Below, piece by piece: positions 1 through 8,568 of a DNA stretch of 64,000 bases (position 1 is its first letter; each line of letters starts with the position of its first letter). Position numbers and translations under genes: made by a program. Source of the stretch: Vitreimonas sp. (lineage in GTDB: Bacteria; Patescibacteriota; Microgenomatia; UBA1400; PJMF01); NCBI GenBank assembly GCA_035627515.1, contig DASPLQ010000012.1, positions 842,331 to 906,330 on the forward strand, given 5' to 3'. The notes beneath the pieces were generated by a model that was given only the letters and a program-made list of their open reading frames with translations, was not told the DNA's origin and made no database searches.

Positions 1-943
1 ATACACCCGCTTTTTGTCAGTCCCATTAGCCGTGGTGCAAAGTATCTCGGTGTTATCACTTTTAAATTCTCAAGCTTTATTACAAACCACGGAGCCACTA
101 GCGGTGGTAGCTATTATTAGTACTTTGGTAGCCGGTTCGATGATTCTGATGTGGCTCGGCGAGTTAGTGAGTTTATACGGAATTGGGAATGGTATTTCGA
201 TGGTATTGTTTGCAGGTATTGTCAGTCAATTTCCGATTGCGATGGCTCAAACCTTATCTGTAGCTTCCTCACAACAATTTTTGCGGTTGGCTACTTTTGG
301 CGCGGTGTTCTTAGTAGTGATTGGTTTTATTGTGTTTATGAACGAGGCGATCCGCAAAGTCCAAATCCAGTATGCCAAGCGGGTGCGAGGAAGTCGCATG
401 TACGGCGGTCAAACTACCCACTTACCAATCCGCGTCAACGTCACCGGCGTGTTGCCAATTATCTTTGCCGTTTCACTGATGTTGATTCCATCTTTTGCTT
501 CACAATTGATGATTCGTTCTGGCAATGGCATGTTGCTGGATTGGGGACAAAAATTGACGATTTGGTTCAATCCCACGTCACCAATTTATATGATCACGTA
601 CTTTGTGATTGTGTTTTTCTTTACCTTTTTCTCAGCGTTGATTTTCTTTAATGCCCAAGATATTTCTGAAGAATTAAAAAAGAGTGGCGCGTTTGTGCCC
701 GGTATTCGCCCTGGTGGCCCCACCAAAAAATTCCTAGAGTACGTGGTGACACGGATCACCTTAGCAGGTGCCATTTTCTTAGGCTTCATTGCGATTTTGC
801 CTTCTTTAGCACAAAGCTTTACAGGTATTCAATCGTTAGCGATTGGTGGTACGAGTGTTTTGATTGTAGTCTCAGTTGTTTTGGAAACTGCCAAACAAGT
901 TCAAAGTTTATTAGTTGGTCAAAATTACGACCAATATAGTTAG
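1..943 (+). CDS. secY: Preprotein translocase subunit SecY (5'-truncated at window edge)
   Basis: Motifs WLGE..GIGNGIS, GVLPIIFA, LKKSGAFVPGIRPG and IGGTSVLIVVSV; lies upstream of adk. Confidence 0.97.
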   Translation, partial: YTRFLSVPLAVVQSISVLSLLNSQALLQTTEPLAVVAIISTLVAGSMILMWLGELVSLYGIGNGISMVLFAGIVSQFPIAMAQTLSVASSQQFLRLATFGAVFLVVIGFIVFMNEAIRKVQIQYAKRVRGSRMYGGQTTHLPIRVNVTGVLPIIFAVSLMLIPSFASQLMIRSGNGMLLDWGQKLTIWFNPTSPIYMITYFVIVFFFTFFSALIFFNAQDISEELKKSGAFVPGIRPGGPTKKFLEYVVTRITLAGAIFLGFIAILPSLAQSFTGIQSLAIGGTSVLIVVSVVLETAKQVQSLLVGQNYDQYS

Positions 944-999
944 TAATAGACCCCGCTAAGCGCGGAGTGATCAAGCTGAGCTTGGTCAAAGGAGAAACC

Positions 1000-1536
1000 A
1001 TGAAATTGATTTTAATCGGCATTCAAGGTGCTGGTAAGTCAACTCAAGGCAATATGCTCTCTGCTGCCTTGGGGATTCCTTACTTATCTTCAGGTCACGT
1101 GTTTCGAGAGATGGCTAAAGATAAATCAGAGATTGGCCGCTGGCTTAAAGAAACCTTAAATGCTGGCGCCTTAGTTCCTGACAAAGAAACTTTAGAGATT
1201 ATCTTAACGTACTTAGCCAAGCCTGAATATGCTAAAGGGTATATTTTAGATGGTTTTCCTCGTACGGTTCCTCAAGCTGAGGCTTTTGGTGATGAAGCAG
1301 GTAAAGTTGTTTACCTCGATGTTTCAGACCGCGAAGCCTTATGGCGTATTTCTGGCCGTGTCAGTGATCGTCAAGATGAGACGTTGCACGCTATCCGCAA
1401 ACGCATTGAGTTATTCCATGAAAAAACTGAGCCAGTGATCGAGTATTATCGTGATCAAGGTAAGTTGATTCAAGTAAATGGTGAAATGGAAGTCCAGGCC
1501 GTGTTTGATGACATCATGAAGCATTTGCAGAAGTAA
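1000..1536 (+). CDS. adk: Adenylate kinase (short-LID form)
   Basis: P-loop GIQGAGKST, GYILDGFPRT, RxDE; AAGGAG SD before ATG at 1000. Confidence 0.95.
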   Translation: MKLILIGIQGAGKSTQGNMLSAALGIPYLSSGHVFREMAKDKSEIGRWLKETLNAGALVPDKETLEIILTYLAKPEYAKGYILDGFPRTVPQAEAFGDEAGKVVYLDVSDREALWRISGRVSDRQDETLHAIRKRIELFHEKTEPVIEYYRDQGKLIQVNGEMEVQAVFDDIMKHLQK

Positions 1537-1554
1537 AGTTTTAATTGAGTTTTT

Positions 1555-1587
1555 AAAAGCCCCTGCCGTGAAGGTGAGGGGCTTTTT
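1555..1587 (+). terminator. Intrinsic terminator after adk (possibly bidirectional)
   Basis: AAAAGCCCCT-12 nt-AGGGGCTTTTT. Confidence 0.8.
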
Positions 1588-1662
1588 AGTGGTCTGCGAT
1601 ATTTTTTGTCTTAAACTTGCAGAGGGTAAATTTGATATAAGTTTACACACCTTCATAGGTAA

Positions 1663-1750
1663 TTACTTTAGAAGTGTATCTGGACAGTGTCCATTGTGTA
1701 CAACATGCACATTTTGACTGTAATGACGTGCATCCAGATGAGCTTCTAAA
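1663..1750. repeat. Long imperfect inverted repeat; the right arm recurs at ~36985-37035
   Basis: TTTAGAAGTGTATCTGGA (1667-1684) pairs with TCCAGATGAGCTTCTAAA (1733-1750); TTTTGACTGTAATGAC occurs at both 1712 and 36990. Confidence 0.6.
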
Positions 1751-1812
1751 CAGCGAGAAAGTAAGGTCAGGGGGGGTGGTTTGATATAATATGTTAAATA
1801 AGGGGAAAATAT

Positions 1813-2034
1813 ATGACAAAAGAATACGGTAAAACACCAGTAGATTTCGACCAATTACTAAAGAATTCAGAGGCGAAATTTCAAAGATATTTCGAGTTAT
1901 TGAATCTTTTTGATCTTCATGGCACTGCTGAAGAAAAAGCAGAAGCGCAAACTTTGATAGCTGCTCATGATCCTGAAAAAATATTTAACTTTTTAATAAG
2001 AATTGAGCAGCGCGTTAAAGAAGCCAACAAATAA
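1813..2034 (+). CDS. Small hypothetical helical protein (73 aa)
   Basis: ORF with TGATATAAT -10 and AAGGGG SD upstream; ends 3 nt before map. Confidence 0.7.
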   Translation: MTKEYGKTPVDFDQLLKNSEAKFQRYFELLNLFDLHGTAEEKAEAQTLIAAHDPEKIFNFLIRIEQRVKEANK

Positions 2035-2037
2035 TCT

Positions 2038-2781
2038 GTGAATTTAGACTCTGTTAAAATCACTGCCATGCGTGAAGGCGGCAAAAAGCTAGCTCGAGTT
2101 CGTGATGCGCTGGCAGTTTATGTGAAAGTGGGGAGCACTTTTGAAGAAATTGAAGCTGAAGCCCAGCGGTTAATTAAAGCCGAGGGAGCCGTCCCGAGCT
2201 TTTCTACAGTCGAAGGTTATGATTGGGCCACCTGTCTGATGCGCAATGAAGAAATGTGTCATGGCATTCCCCAAGGCAAAAAAGTCGAGGATGGTGATGT
2301 CATTAAAATTGATGTGGGTTTGATTTGGCAAGGGTATCACTTGGATACTACCACCACGGTAGTATCTGGCACTTCTTCGCCGGAAAAAGATGAGTTTCTA
2401 GCAGTCGGCAAACGCTCACTGGAAAAAGCCATCGGTCGAGCCACGCTGGGTAATACCGTTTATGACATCAGTGCTGCGATGCAAAAAGTAGTTGAACGTC
2501 ATGGTTATAGTTGTGTCTATCAGCTATGTGGTCATGGCATTGGTAAAAAACTCCATGATGAACCTGAGATACCCTGTTTAGCCCAGCGCCGCGACAAAAA
2601 AGAAAAACTGTATGAAGGCCAAACTGTAGCGATTGAAATTATGTACGCTGTCGGTAATGCCTTTTTAGAATTAGCTCCCGACGGCTGGACCTACAAAACT
2701 GCCGATAACTCCTTGGCAGGCATGTTTGAAGAAACAGTGCTGATTACTAAAGATGGTCCTGAGATTCTGACCCGTATATAG
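2038..2781 (+). CDS. map: Methionine aminopeptidase type I
   Basis: CHGIP, IDVG..DTT, GHGIG..HDEP, AIEIM, DGWT, FEETV; canonical adk-map-infA context. Confidence 0.95.
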   Translation: MNLDSVKITAMREGGKKLARVRDALAVYVKVGSTFEEIEAEAQRLIKAEGAVPSFSTVEGYDWATCLMRNEEMCHGIPQGKKVEDGDVIKIDVGLIWQGYHLDTTTTVVSGTSSPEKDEFLAVGKRSLEKAIGRATLGNTVYDISAAMQKVVERHGYSCVYQLCGHGIGKKLHDEPEIPCLAQRRDKKEKLYEGQTVAIEIMYAVGNAFLELAPDGWTYKTADNSLAGMFEETVLITKDGPEILTRI

Positions 2782-2796
2782 GGTATAATCCGCCCC

Positions 2797-3936
2797 ATGT
2801 CAGGTCAAACTGAAAAAGCCACCGTTCCATTAGAGCGGACCCAGCCTCATTTCAATCGTGAATTATTAGGTTTTAATACCTTGGGTATAAAGCAAATGAA
2901 GATTGGCAGTGACCAACTTAAAACAGTTGCTGATGCGCCAAAATTGGAGAAGCTCTTCACTATTATCAATATTATAGATTTAGTAACTCAGCTTGGTCCT
3001 TTTTTAGAGCTAGCTATTAAAAAAAATGGTGTCTTGACCATTAAAGAAATAGAGCAATTCCTACCGACCTTTTTAAAATTGCTTCGTTTTTCTGATATTA
3101 AGGATGTAATTCGTTTAGATCACAAAACTAAAAATCAATTAGAACTAATTGAGGGCGCTTTTCTCTTGCCGTTTATTCCAGGTTTGTTAATGTTTTGCTT
3201 AGTACTTAATTACACAGAGAATATTGCATATGTTTGTTGTTTACCAGCTATATTATCTACAGTACCAGCGATGGCGATCGGAATGCTGGCAGAGTCTAAA
3301 AAAGAACAGAAAGTGAGTCAGGCTATTCAACAGTATTTACCACAAGGCTTAAATAAGCTAGCAGAAGCATTAAGTCAATTTACACACACAGAAGCTGTGA
3401 ATGAGATCATGAAGAGGTTTCCCAACCCGCGTCAAGCTTTATCAAACGATACACATCGATTGTTAACAAAAATAATTTCCACACCAAATTTAAATCAAAA
3501 AAAATTCATAGAGATAATGTGTAACGAATTTAACCTTATGATTTACCAAAGGAATTTGCGTTCAGAGTCAAATGAATACCCCTTTTTGAGTAGCATCATA
3601 AAGTTGTTCCCCAATGTTGAAAGTATGGTAATTAAGAAGCTTCCTGACTTTAAGGTTATTTTAGCTGCTCCAGACATTATGGAAGCCCTAGCGTGTGTTG
3701 CTAATAGACCAAATGAGCATGTTCGCCACTTAGTCCATCGATGGCGAAATGAATGGTCTCTTAAAGGTTATGTAAGGGACGTCACTGAGGAAAAATTTTC
3801 AACAGTAAGCTTTGGTTTAAATAACTTAGCTAAAGGGGCACTTCTGGCTCTTCCCGACGATACTCAAAAAGTTACCACTCAAGTTGAAGAATTAATTAAT
3901 CGCCTTCAAGCTGCTGCAGACCCCAACAGCAATTAG
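2797..3936 (+). CDS. Hypothetical protein with two central TM helices
   Basis: 379-aa AT-rich ORF with TATAAT 7 nt before ATG; no recognisable motif. Confidence 0.75.
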   Translation: MSGQTEKATVPLERTQPHFNRELLGFNTLGIKQMKIGSDQLKTVADAPKLEKLFTIINIIDLVTQLGPFLELAIKKNGVLTIKEIEQFLPTFLKLLRFSDIKDVIRLDHKTKNQLELIEGAFLLPFIPGLLMFCLVLNYTENIAYVCCLPAILSTVPAMAIGMLAESKKEQKVSQAIQQYLPQGLNKLAEALSQFTHTEAVNEIMKRFPNPRQALSNDTHRLLTKIISTPNLNQKKFIEIMCNEFNLMIYQRNLRSESNEYPFLSSIIKLFPNVESMVIKKLPDFKVILAAPDIMEALACVANRPNEHVRHLVHRWRNEWSLKGYVRDVTEEKFSTVSFGLNNLAKGALLALPDDTQKVTTQVEELINRLQAAADPNSN

Positions 3937-3970
3937 CCTTTTAGCCCCCTTTCTGCTATAATTACCAGAT

Positions 3971-4300
3971 ATGGGTAAAGTTCAAGAACATAAACGCGCT
4001 GCCAAAGCTAAACGCCAAGTAGATTTAACGAGTGATTCAGCCGATCGAGACGATCGCTTCGAAGTCGAAGGTATTGTTGAAGATTGTTTACCCAACACCA
4101 TGTTTCGCGTCAAAGTCACCTCGAGTCCAGTTCCCCAGATGGTGGGCCGTACTTTGATTGGTACCTTAGCTGGAAAGATGCGTTTATTCCGGATTCGCGT
4201 TATGCCAGGCGACGGCGTCAAGGGTTATGTCAGTAAATATGACCTCGAAAAGTGTAAAATTACCTTTAGATCAGCAAAAAGAGAGTCGCAGTCAATTTGA
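3971..4300 (+). CDS. infA: Translation initiation factor IF-1 (N-terminally extended)
   Basis: EVEGIVEDCLPNTMFRV, AGKMRLFRIRVMPGD, YDL..CKITFR. Confidence 0.93.
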   Translation: MGKVQEHKRAAKAKRQVDLTSDSADRDDRFEVEGIVEDCLPNTMFRVKVTSSPVPQMVGRTLIGTLAGKMRLFRIRVMPGDGVKGYVSKYDLEKCKITFRSAKRESQSI

Positions 4301-4303
4301 GAC

Positions 4304-4332
4304 TTGCTGAACTAAACAACTTGAGGTATATT
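4304..4332 (+). promoter_or_regulatory. Putative sigma70 promoter for rpmJ-rpsM operon
   Basis: TTGCTG-17 nt-TATATT. Confidence 0.5.
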
Positions 4333-4360
4333 TCACTTCTGTCTAAAATTGGATTACATC

Positions 4361-4474
4361 ATGAAAGTTAGATCTTCAGTCAAAACCATGTGCATGAATT
4401 GCAAACTCATCAAACGCAGAGGTGTGTTGCGTGTAGTCTGTAGTAATCCTAAACATAAACAACGACAAGGATAA
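4361..4474 (+). CDS. rpmJ: 50S ribosomal protein L36 (Zn-ribbon type; not in ORF track)
   Basis: Hand translation: [37 protein letters not shown]. Confidence 0.97.
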   Translation: MKVRSSVKTMCMNCKLIKRRGVLRVVCSNPKHKQRQG

Positions 4475-4482
4475 TTGCGCGT

Positions 4483-4890
4483 ATGCCACGTATTGCCGGT
4501 CTCGACCTTCCAGAACATAAAAAAATTCGCTTTGCTTTACGCTATTTATATGGTGTTGGTCCAACCAATGCTGATGAAATTTTAACTGAAGCTCAAGTCA
4601 ACCCTGACAAGCGCGCTCGTGAATTAACCACTGACGAAGTCGGTCGGATTCAACGCGTGTTGGAAAAACACAACATCGAAGGTAACTTGCGCCGCTTAGT
4701 TAATGACAACATTGATCGCTTGAAAAGAATTAAAGCATATCGAGGTTTACGCCACATAGCAGGTTTGCCTTCTCGTGGTCAACGCACTCGTTCTAATAGT
4801 CGTACTCGCCGTGGTGGTAGTCGTAAGACTGTGGGAGCCATGACTAAAGAAATGGCAGCCAAGCTCGATGCAGCAAAGAAAACTAAGTAA
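4483..4890 (+). CDS. rpsM: 30S ribosomal protein S13
   Basis: MPRIAGLDLP, YRGLRH..GLPSRGQRTRSN. Confidence 0.98.
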   Translation: MPRIAGLDLPEHKKIRFALRYLYGVGPTNADEILTEAQVNPDKRARELTTDEVGRIQRVLEKHNIEGNLRRLVNDNIDRLKRIKAYRGLRHIAGLPSRGQRTRSNSRTRRGGSRKTVGAMTKEMAAKLDAAKKTK

Positions 4891-4911
4891 CTAAACAACT
4901 AAAATAAAATC

Positions 4912-5313
4912 ATGTCACAACCAACGAAAAAAGCACCTATCGGCAAAAAAACTATCGCTCGCAGTATTCCTAAGGGCAGAATTTACATTACTGCTACTTT
5001 TAATAGTACCTTAGCAAGTGTGACTGATGAAACAGGTAATGTGTTGTGCTGGTCAACTACTGGTGAGTCTGGTTTTTCTGGTTCACGCAAATCTACTCCC
5101 TATGCTGCGACCATCACAGTCGAAAACGCGATTAATAAAGCTCGTGCTTACGGTATGAATCAAATGGATGTATTTATTAAAGGTCCAGGGCCTGGCCGCG
5201 ATGTGGCACTCAGAGTGTTACGCGCTCAAGGTATCAGAGTTGGCATGATTGCTGATATGACACCGATGCCTCACAACGGAACCAAACCACGTAAGGCCAA
5301 ACACAATAAATAA
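4912..5313 (+). CDS. rpsK: 30S ribosomal protein S11
   Basis: GFSGSRKSTPYAA, KGPGPGR, DMTPMPHNG. Confidence 0.98.
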   Translation: MSQPTKKAPIGKKTIARSIPKGRIYITATFNSTLASVTDETGNVLCWSTTGESGFSGSRKSTPYAATITVENAINKARAYGMNQMDVFIKGPGPGRDVALRVLRAQGIRVGMIADMTPMPHNGTKPRKAKHNK

Positions 5314-5325
5314 GGAAAAACGTAA

Positions 5326-5349
5326 TTACTTAATTACTAAATTACTCAA
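5326..5349 (-). repeat. Three tandem 8-mers (TTRAGTAA family) between rpsK and rpsD
   Basis: TTACTTAA TTACTAAA TTACTCAA is the reverse complement of the units at 28771 and 41595. Confidence 0.65.
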
Positions 5350-5352
5350 TCT

Positions 5353-5961
5353 ATGGCACGTTACACAGGACCAAAAAACAAATTAGCTCGAAAAGTTGGC
5401 GAAGATCTTAATTTAAAGACTAACGCTATCAAGAGTAACAAGCGAATTTCCATTCGCCCTGGTCAACACGGCAATAAAGGTCGTAAAAAATTATCAGGCT
5501 TTGGTCAACAATTAAAAGAGAAACAAAAATTGAAGTATGTGTATGGGGTGTTGGAAAAACAACTGCGCAACTTATATGAAGTAGCCAGTAAGAACCCTAC
5601 CGCCACTGGTGCTGCTTTACTGGGTTTGTTAGAACGCCGCTTAGATAATGTCGTTTACCGTTTAGGTTGGGTGCCTACCCGAGCTGCTGCTCGCCAATTA
5701 GTGGCACATGGTCATGTTGTCGTTAATGACCGCAAGGTCTTAGCTCCTTCATATCGAGTCAAAGTCAAAGATGTCATTATGCTTCGTCAAAAGGCCACCT
5801 CGATTCCGACGGTATCAGCCTTATTAAAAGATGAAGTATCCAACATCCCAACTTGGCTGAAGCGCAAAGGTCCAGCTGGCTCAATTGAGCGCTTACCTGA
5901 GCGAACCGATATTGATTCCAATATCGATGAACAATTAATTGTGGAGTTCTATTCCCGCTAA
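5353..5961 (+). CDS. rpsD: 30S ribosomal protein S4
   Basis: MARYTGP, RPGQHG, LERRLDNVVYRLG, ARQLVAHGH, LIVEFYSR. Confidence 0.98.
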   Translation: MARYTGPKNKLARKVGEDLNLKTNAIKSNKRISIRPGQHGNKGRKKLSGFGQQLKEKQKLKYVYGVLEKQLRNLYEVASKNPTATGAALLGLLERRLDNVVYRLGWVPTRAAARQLVAHGHVVVNDRKVLAPSYRVKVKDVIMLRQKATSIPTVSALLKDEVSNIPTWLKRKGPAGSIERLPERTDIDSNIDEQLIVEFYSR

Positions 5962-6085
5962 CGTGGGATGAGGAGCGTCGCGCTCAGCGAGACACTCCTC
6001 AAGTAATAAGTAAATTATTAATTATCCGGCTACGGATTCCATAAATCGTAAAGGTTTACGGGAGGCGAAACAAGGAAAACAGTAT

Positions 6086-7030
6086 ATGGTACAAGACGTC
6101 ACTCTTTATTCAACAGCTAACCCTAGCTTTCACATCGAAGAAAAAGCAGAGGGCATGACTCATGCTGTGTTAAGCATCGAACCTTTAGAGCAAGGCTATG
6201 GCCACACTTTAGGTAATGCTTTACGCCGCGTGTTGTTAAGTTCTTTGCCAGGTAGTGCTATCACTTCCGTGCGCATTCAAGGTGTTGATCACCAATACAC
6301 TACTTTAGAAGGCATGAGTGAAGATGTGGTGGAATTGATCTTAAACTTAAAGCAATTGCGCATCAAAGCAGATGCTGATCGTTCTGGTGTGTTACGCCTT
6401 AACGTCACTGGTGCTAAAGAAGTGACCGGTGCTGATATCGAAGCCGAAGCTGGTTTCGAAGTCGTTAATCCTGAACTTCACATCGCTAGTTTAGCCAAAG
6501 GTAAATCATTAGTAGTGGAAATGACAGTAGAACCAGGTAATGGTTATGTCATGGCTGCTGATCGCAAATCAAACATCATTGGTGAAATTCCTCTTGATGC
6601 TTTATTTTCACCTGTGGTCAAAGTTTCTTATCAAGTCGAAGCCACCCGGGTGGGTCGCCGCACTGACTATGATCGCTTAATTTTAGACATTCAAACTGAT
6701 GGCACTTTGTCACCAATGGATGCTTTAAAACAGTCAGCTAAAATCTTAGCTCGCCAATTTACACAGGTTTTTGATCCAGTGATGAGTGAAACCCCGACTG
6801 AAGACAGTAAACTCAGTCCTGAAGAAGCTGAAGTCTTAAAATTAACGGTAGAAGAATTAGATTTACCAACTCGGATTGCTAACGCCCTGCGTAAGGGTGG
6901 TTTCAAAACCGTTGGCGACTTAGTTGGTGCTCCACGCAACACCGTTGCTAAAGTTAAAAACTTAGGCGAAAAGAGTGTGGACGTGATTAATGAAGCACTG
7001 ATGAAAAAGGGCGTGACATTGGGCGAATAA
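6086..7030 (+). CDS. rpoA: RNA polymerase alpha subunit
   Basis: EPLEQGYGHTLGNALRRVLLSSLPG, DALFSPV, alpha-CTD with KNLGEKS. Confidence 0.98.
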   Translation: MVQDVTLYSTANPSFHIEEKAEGMTHAVLSIEPLEQGYGHTLGNALRRVLLSSLPGSAITSVRIQGVDHQYTTLEGMSEDVVELILNLKQLRIKADADRSGVLRLNVTGAKEVTGADIEAEAGFEVVNPELHIASLAKGKSLVVEMTVEPGNGYVMAADRKSNIIGEIPLDALFSPVVKVSYQVEATRVGRRTDYDRLILDIQTDGTLSPMDALKQSAKILARQFTQVFDPVMSETPTEDSKLSPEEAEVLKLTVEELDLPTRIANALRKGGFKTVGDLVGAPRNTVAKVKNLGEKSVDVINEALMKKGVTLGE

Positions 7031-7039
7031 GGGAGCATC

Positions 7040-7591
7040 ATGAGACATCGAATTGCACATAAACACTTTAACCGCGATACCAATCATCGCAAGGCTTTGT
7101 TGAAAAACTTAGTCCGATCTTTGATAGAGCAGGGCGAGATTACCACTACCGTGGAAAAAGCTAAAGAAGTCCGTCGCGTGGCTGATAAATTAATCAGTCA
7201 AGCTAAAGAAGGTTCGATGGCTGTCCGCCGTACCTTACACCGGTTCTTTGGTCGTCGTGACGCTGTCAACACCTTAGTTGATCGCGTGGCTCCGGCTTTA
7301 AATGATCGCACTTCTGGTTTTACTCGCCTGAGTGTGAGTGGCAAGCGCCGTGGCGACAATGCTACTTTAGCCACCTTAACACTAGTGAACAAACCAGCAA
7401 CTTTGGGCACATTGAAGAGTGGTCAAGAGTTTGTAAAGCCAGCTGCCACAACCAAGAAAGCTGAGCCTAAAGCCGAAGTTAAAGCTAAAGCTAGTAAAGT
7501 GGCCTCACCAGCTGTAAAAGCTGCGCCTGCTAAAGCTACTAAACCAGCCGCCAAAAAAGCTGCTGCTAAGAAAACAGAAAAGAAATCATAA
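7040..7591 (+). CDS. rplQ: 50S ribosomal protein L17 with Ala/Lys-rich tail
   Basis: MRHR, HRKALLKNL, ITTTVEKAKE, RRGDNA. Confidence 0.97.
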   Translation: MRHRIAHKHFNRDTNHRKALLKNLVRSLIEQGEITTTVEKAKEVRRVADKLISQAKEGSMAVRRTLHRFFGRRDAVNTLVDRVAPALNDRTSGFTRLSVSGKRRGDNATLATLTLVNKPATLGTLKSGQEFVKPAATTKKAEPKAEVKAKASKVASPAVKAAPAKATKPAAKKAAAKKTEKKS

Positions 7592-7593
7592 GT

Positions 7594-8019
7594 ATGACGA
7601 ATACCAATACGTACCAACAAAAACCAGCTGAAGTCACTCGCGAATGGCTCGTGGTAGATGCCAAGGGTCGAGTCTTGGGTGAAGTTGCTTCAGAAATTGC
7701 TTTTAAATTGATTGGCAAACACAAAGTTACATACACTCCGCACGTAGATGGTGGTGATTATGTGGTGGTGATCAATGCTAAAGAAGTCGAAGTGAGTGGT
7801 ACTAAAGCTACCAACAAAGTGTACTATCGCTACTCCGGTTATCCCGGTGGTTTGAGTAAAAAGACGTTTGCTGAGGTCCAAGCTGATCGCCCAGAACGAA
7901 TTATCGAACAAGCCGTTTATAATATGTTACCTAAGAATAAATTGCGCACTTTCCGCATGGATCGATTAAAAGTCTATGCCGGTGCCGAGCATAAGCACCA
8001 GAGTCAGGTGAAAGGTTAG
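7594..8019 (+). CDS. rplM: 50S ribosomal protein L13
   Basis: WLVVDA, GKHKVTYTPHVDGGDYVVVINA, YSGYPGG, MLPKN. Confidence 0.98.
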   Translation: MTNTNTYQQKPAEVTREWLVVDAKGRVLGEVASEIAFKLIGKHKVTYTPHVDGGDYVVVINAKEVEVSGTKATNKVYYRYSGYPGGLSKKTFAEVQADRPERIIEQAVYNMLPKNKLRTFRMDRLKVYAGAEHKHQSQVKG

Positions 8020-8025
8020 ACCATC

Positions 8026-8547
8026 ATGGCACGAAAACTTGCTAAAAAAAATTCGACTAAAGTTCAGAAGGTAGTGAAAAAAGCTCGCCCTGAAGTTCAG
8101 ACCGGCGTGGCCAAAAACAATCGCGCTGCCGAAGTTAACTTCATCGCTCCTACCGGTGAGTATACTGAAGGAGTAGGTCGTCGCAAAACCGCTACTGCTC
8201 GTGTGCGCTTGTATCACCAAGCTGGTGATTTCATCGTCAATGGTAAAGCTGCCGGTCAATACTTTGCGACTGTGCCTAACTCACAAACCTTATTTAACCA
8301 ACCTTTTGTAATTACTAATACTAAAAACCAATTCACCGTCTCAGTCAAGGTAAGTGGTTCAGGTCCACACGCTCAGTTAGAAGCCATGATTCATGGTATT
8401 TCACGAGCTCTTAATAAATTTGATCCACAGTTGCACGATGCACTCAAAAAAGCTGGTTACTTAACTCGCGATGACCGCATGAAAGAAACCCGCAAAATTG
8501 GTTCCGGTGGTAAAGCTCGCCGCAAACGCCAATCACCCAAACGGTAA
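8026..8547 (+). CDS. rpsI: 30S ribosomal protein S9 with N-terminal extension
   Basis: GRRKTATARV, HGISRAL, LTRDDRMKETRK, QSPKR. Confidence 0.98.
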   Translation: MARKLAKKNSTKVQKVVKKARPEVQTGVAKNNRAAEVNFIAPTGEYTEGVGRRKTATARVRLYHQAGDFIVNGKAAGQYFATVPNSQTLFNQPFVITNTKNQFTVSVKVSGSGPHAQLEAMIHGISRALNKFDPQLHDALKKAGYLTRDDRMKETRKIGSGGKARRKRQSPKR

Positions 8548-8568
8548 ACTTTGTGATACAGTAACTAA

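Noticed and set aside
151-651. Alternative-frame and antisense ORFs in the track (e.g. 151-651, 6691-7083, 37219-37662, 58229-58639)
   Set aside because: They are shadows of well-supported genes, with no motifs or initiation signals
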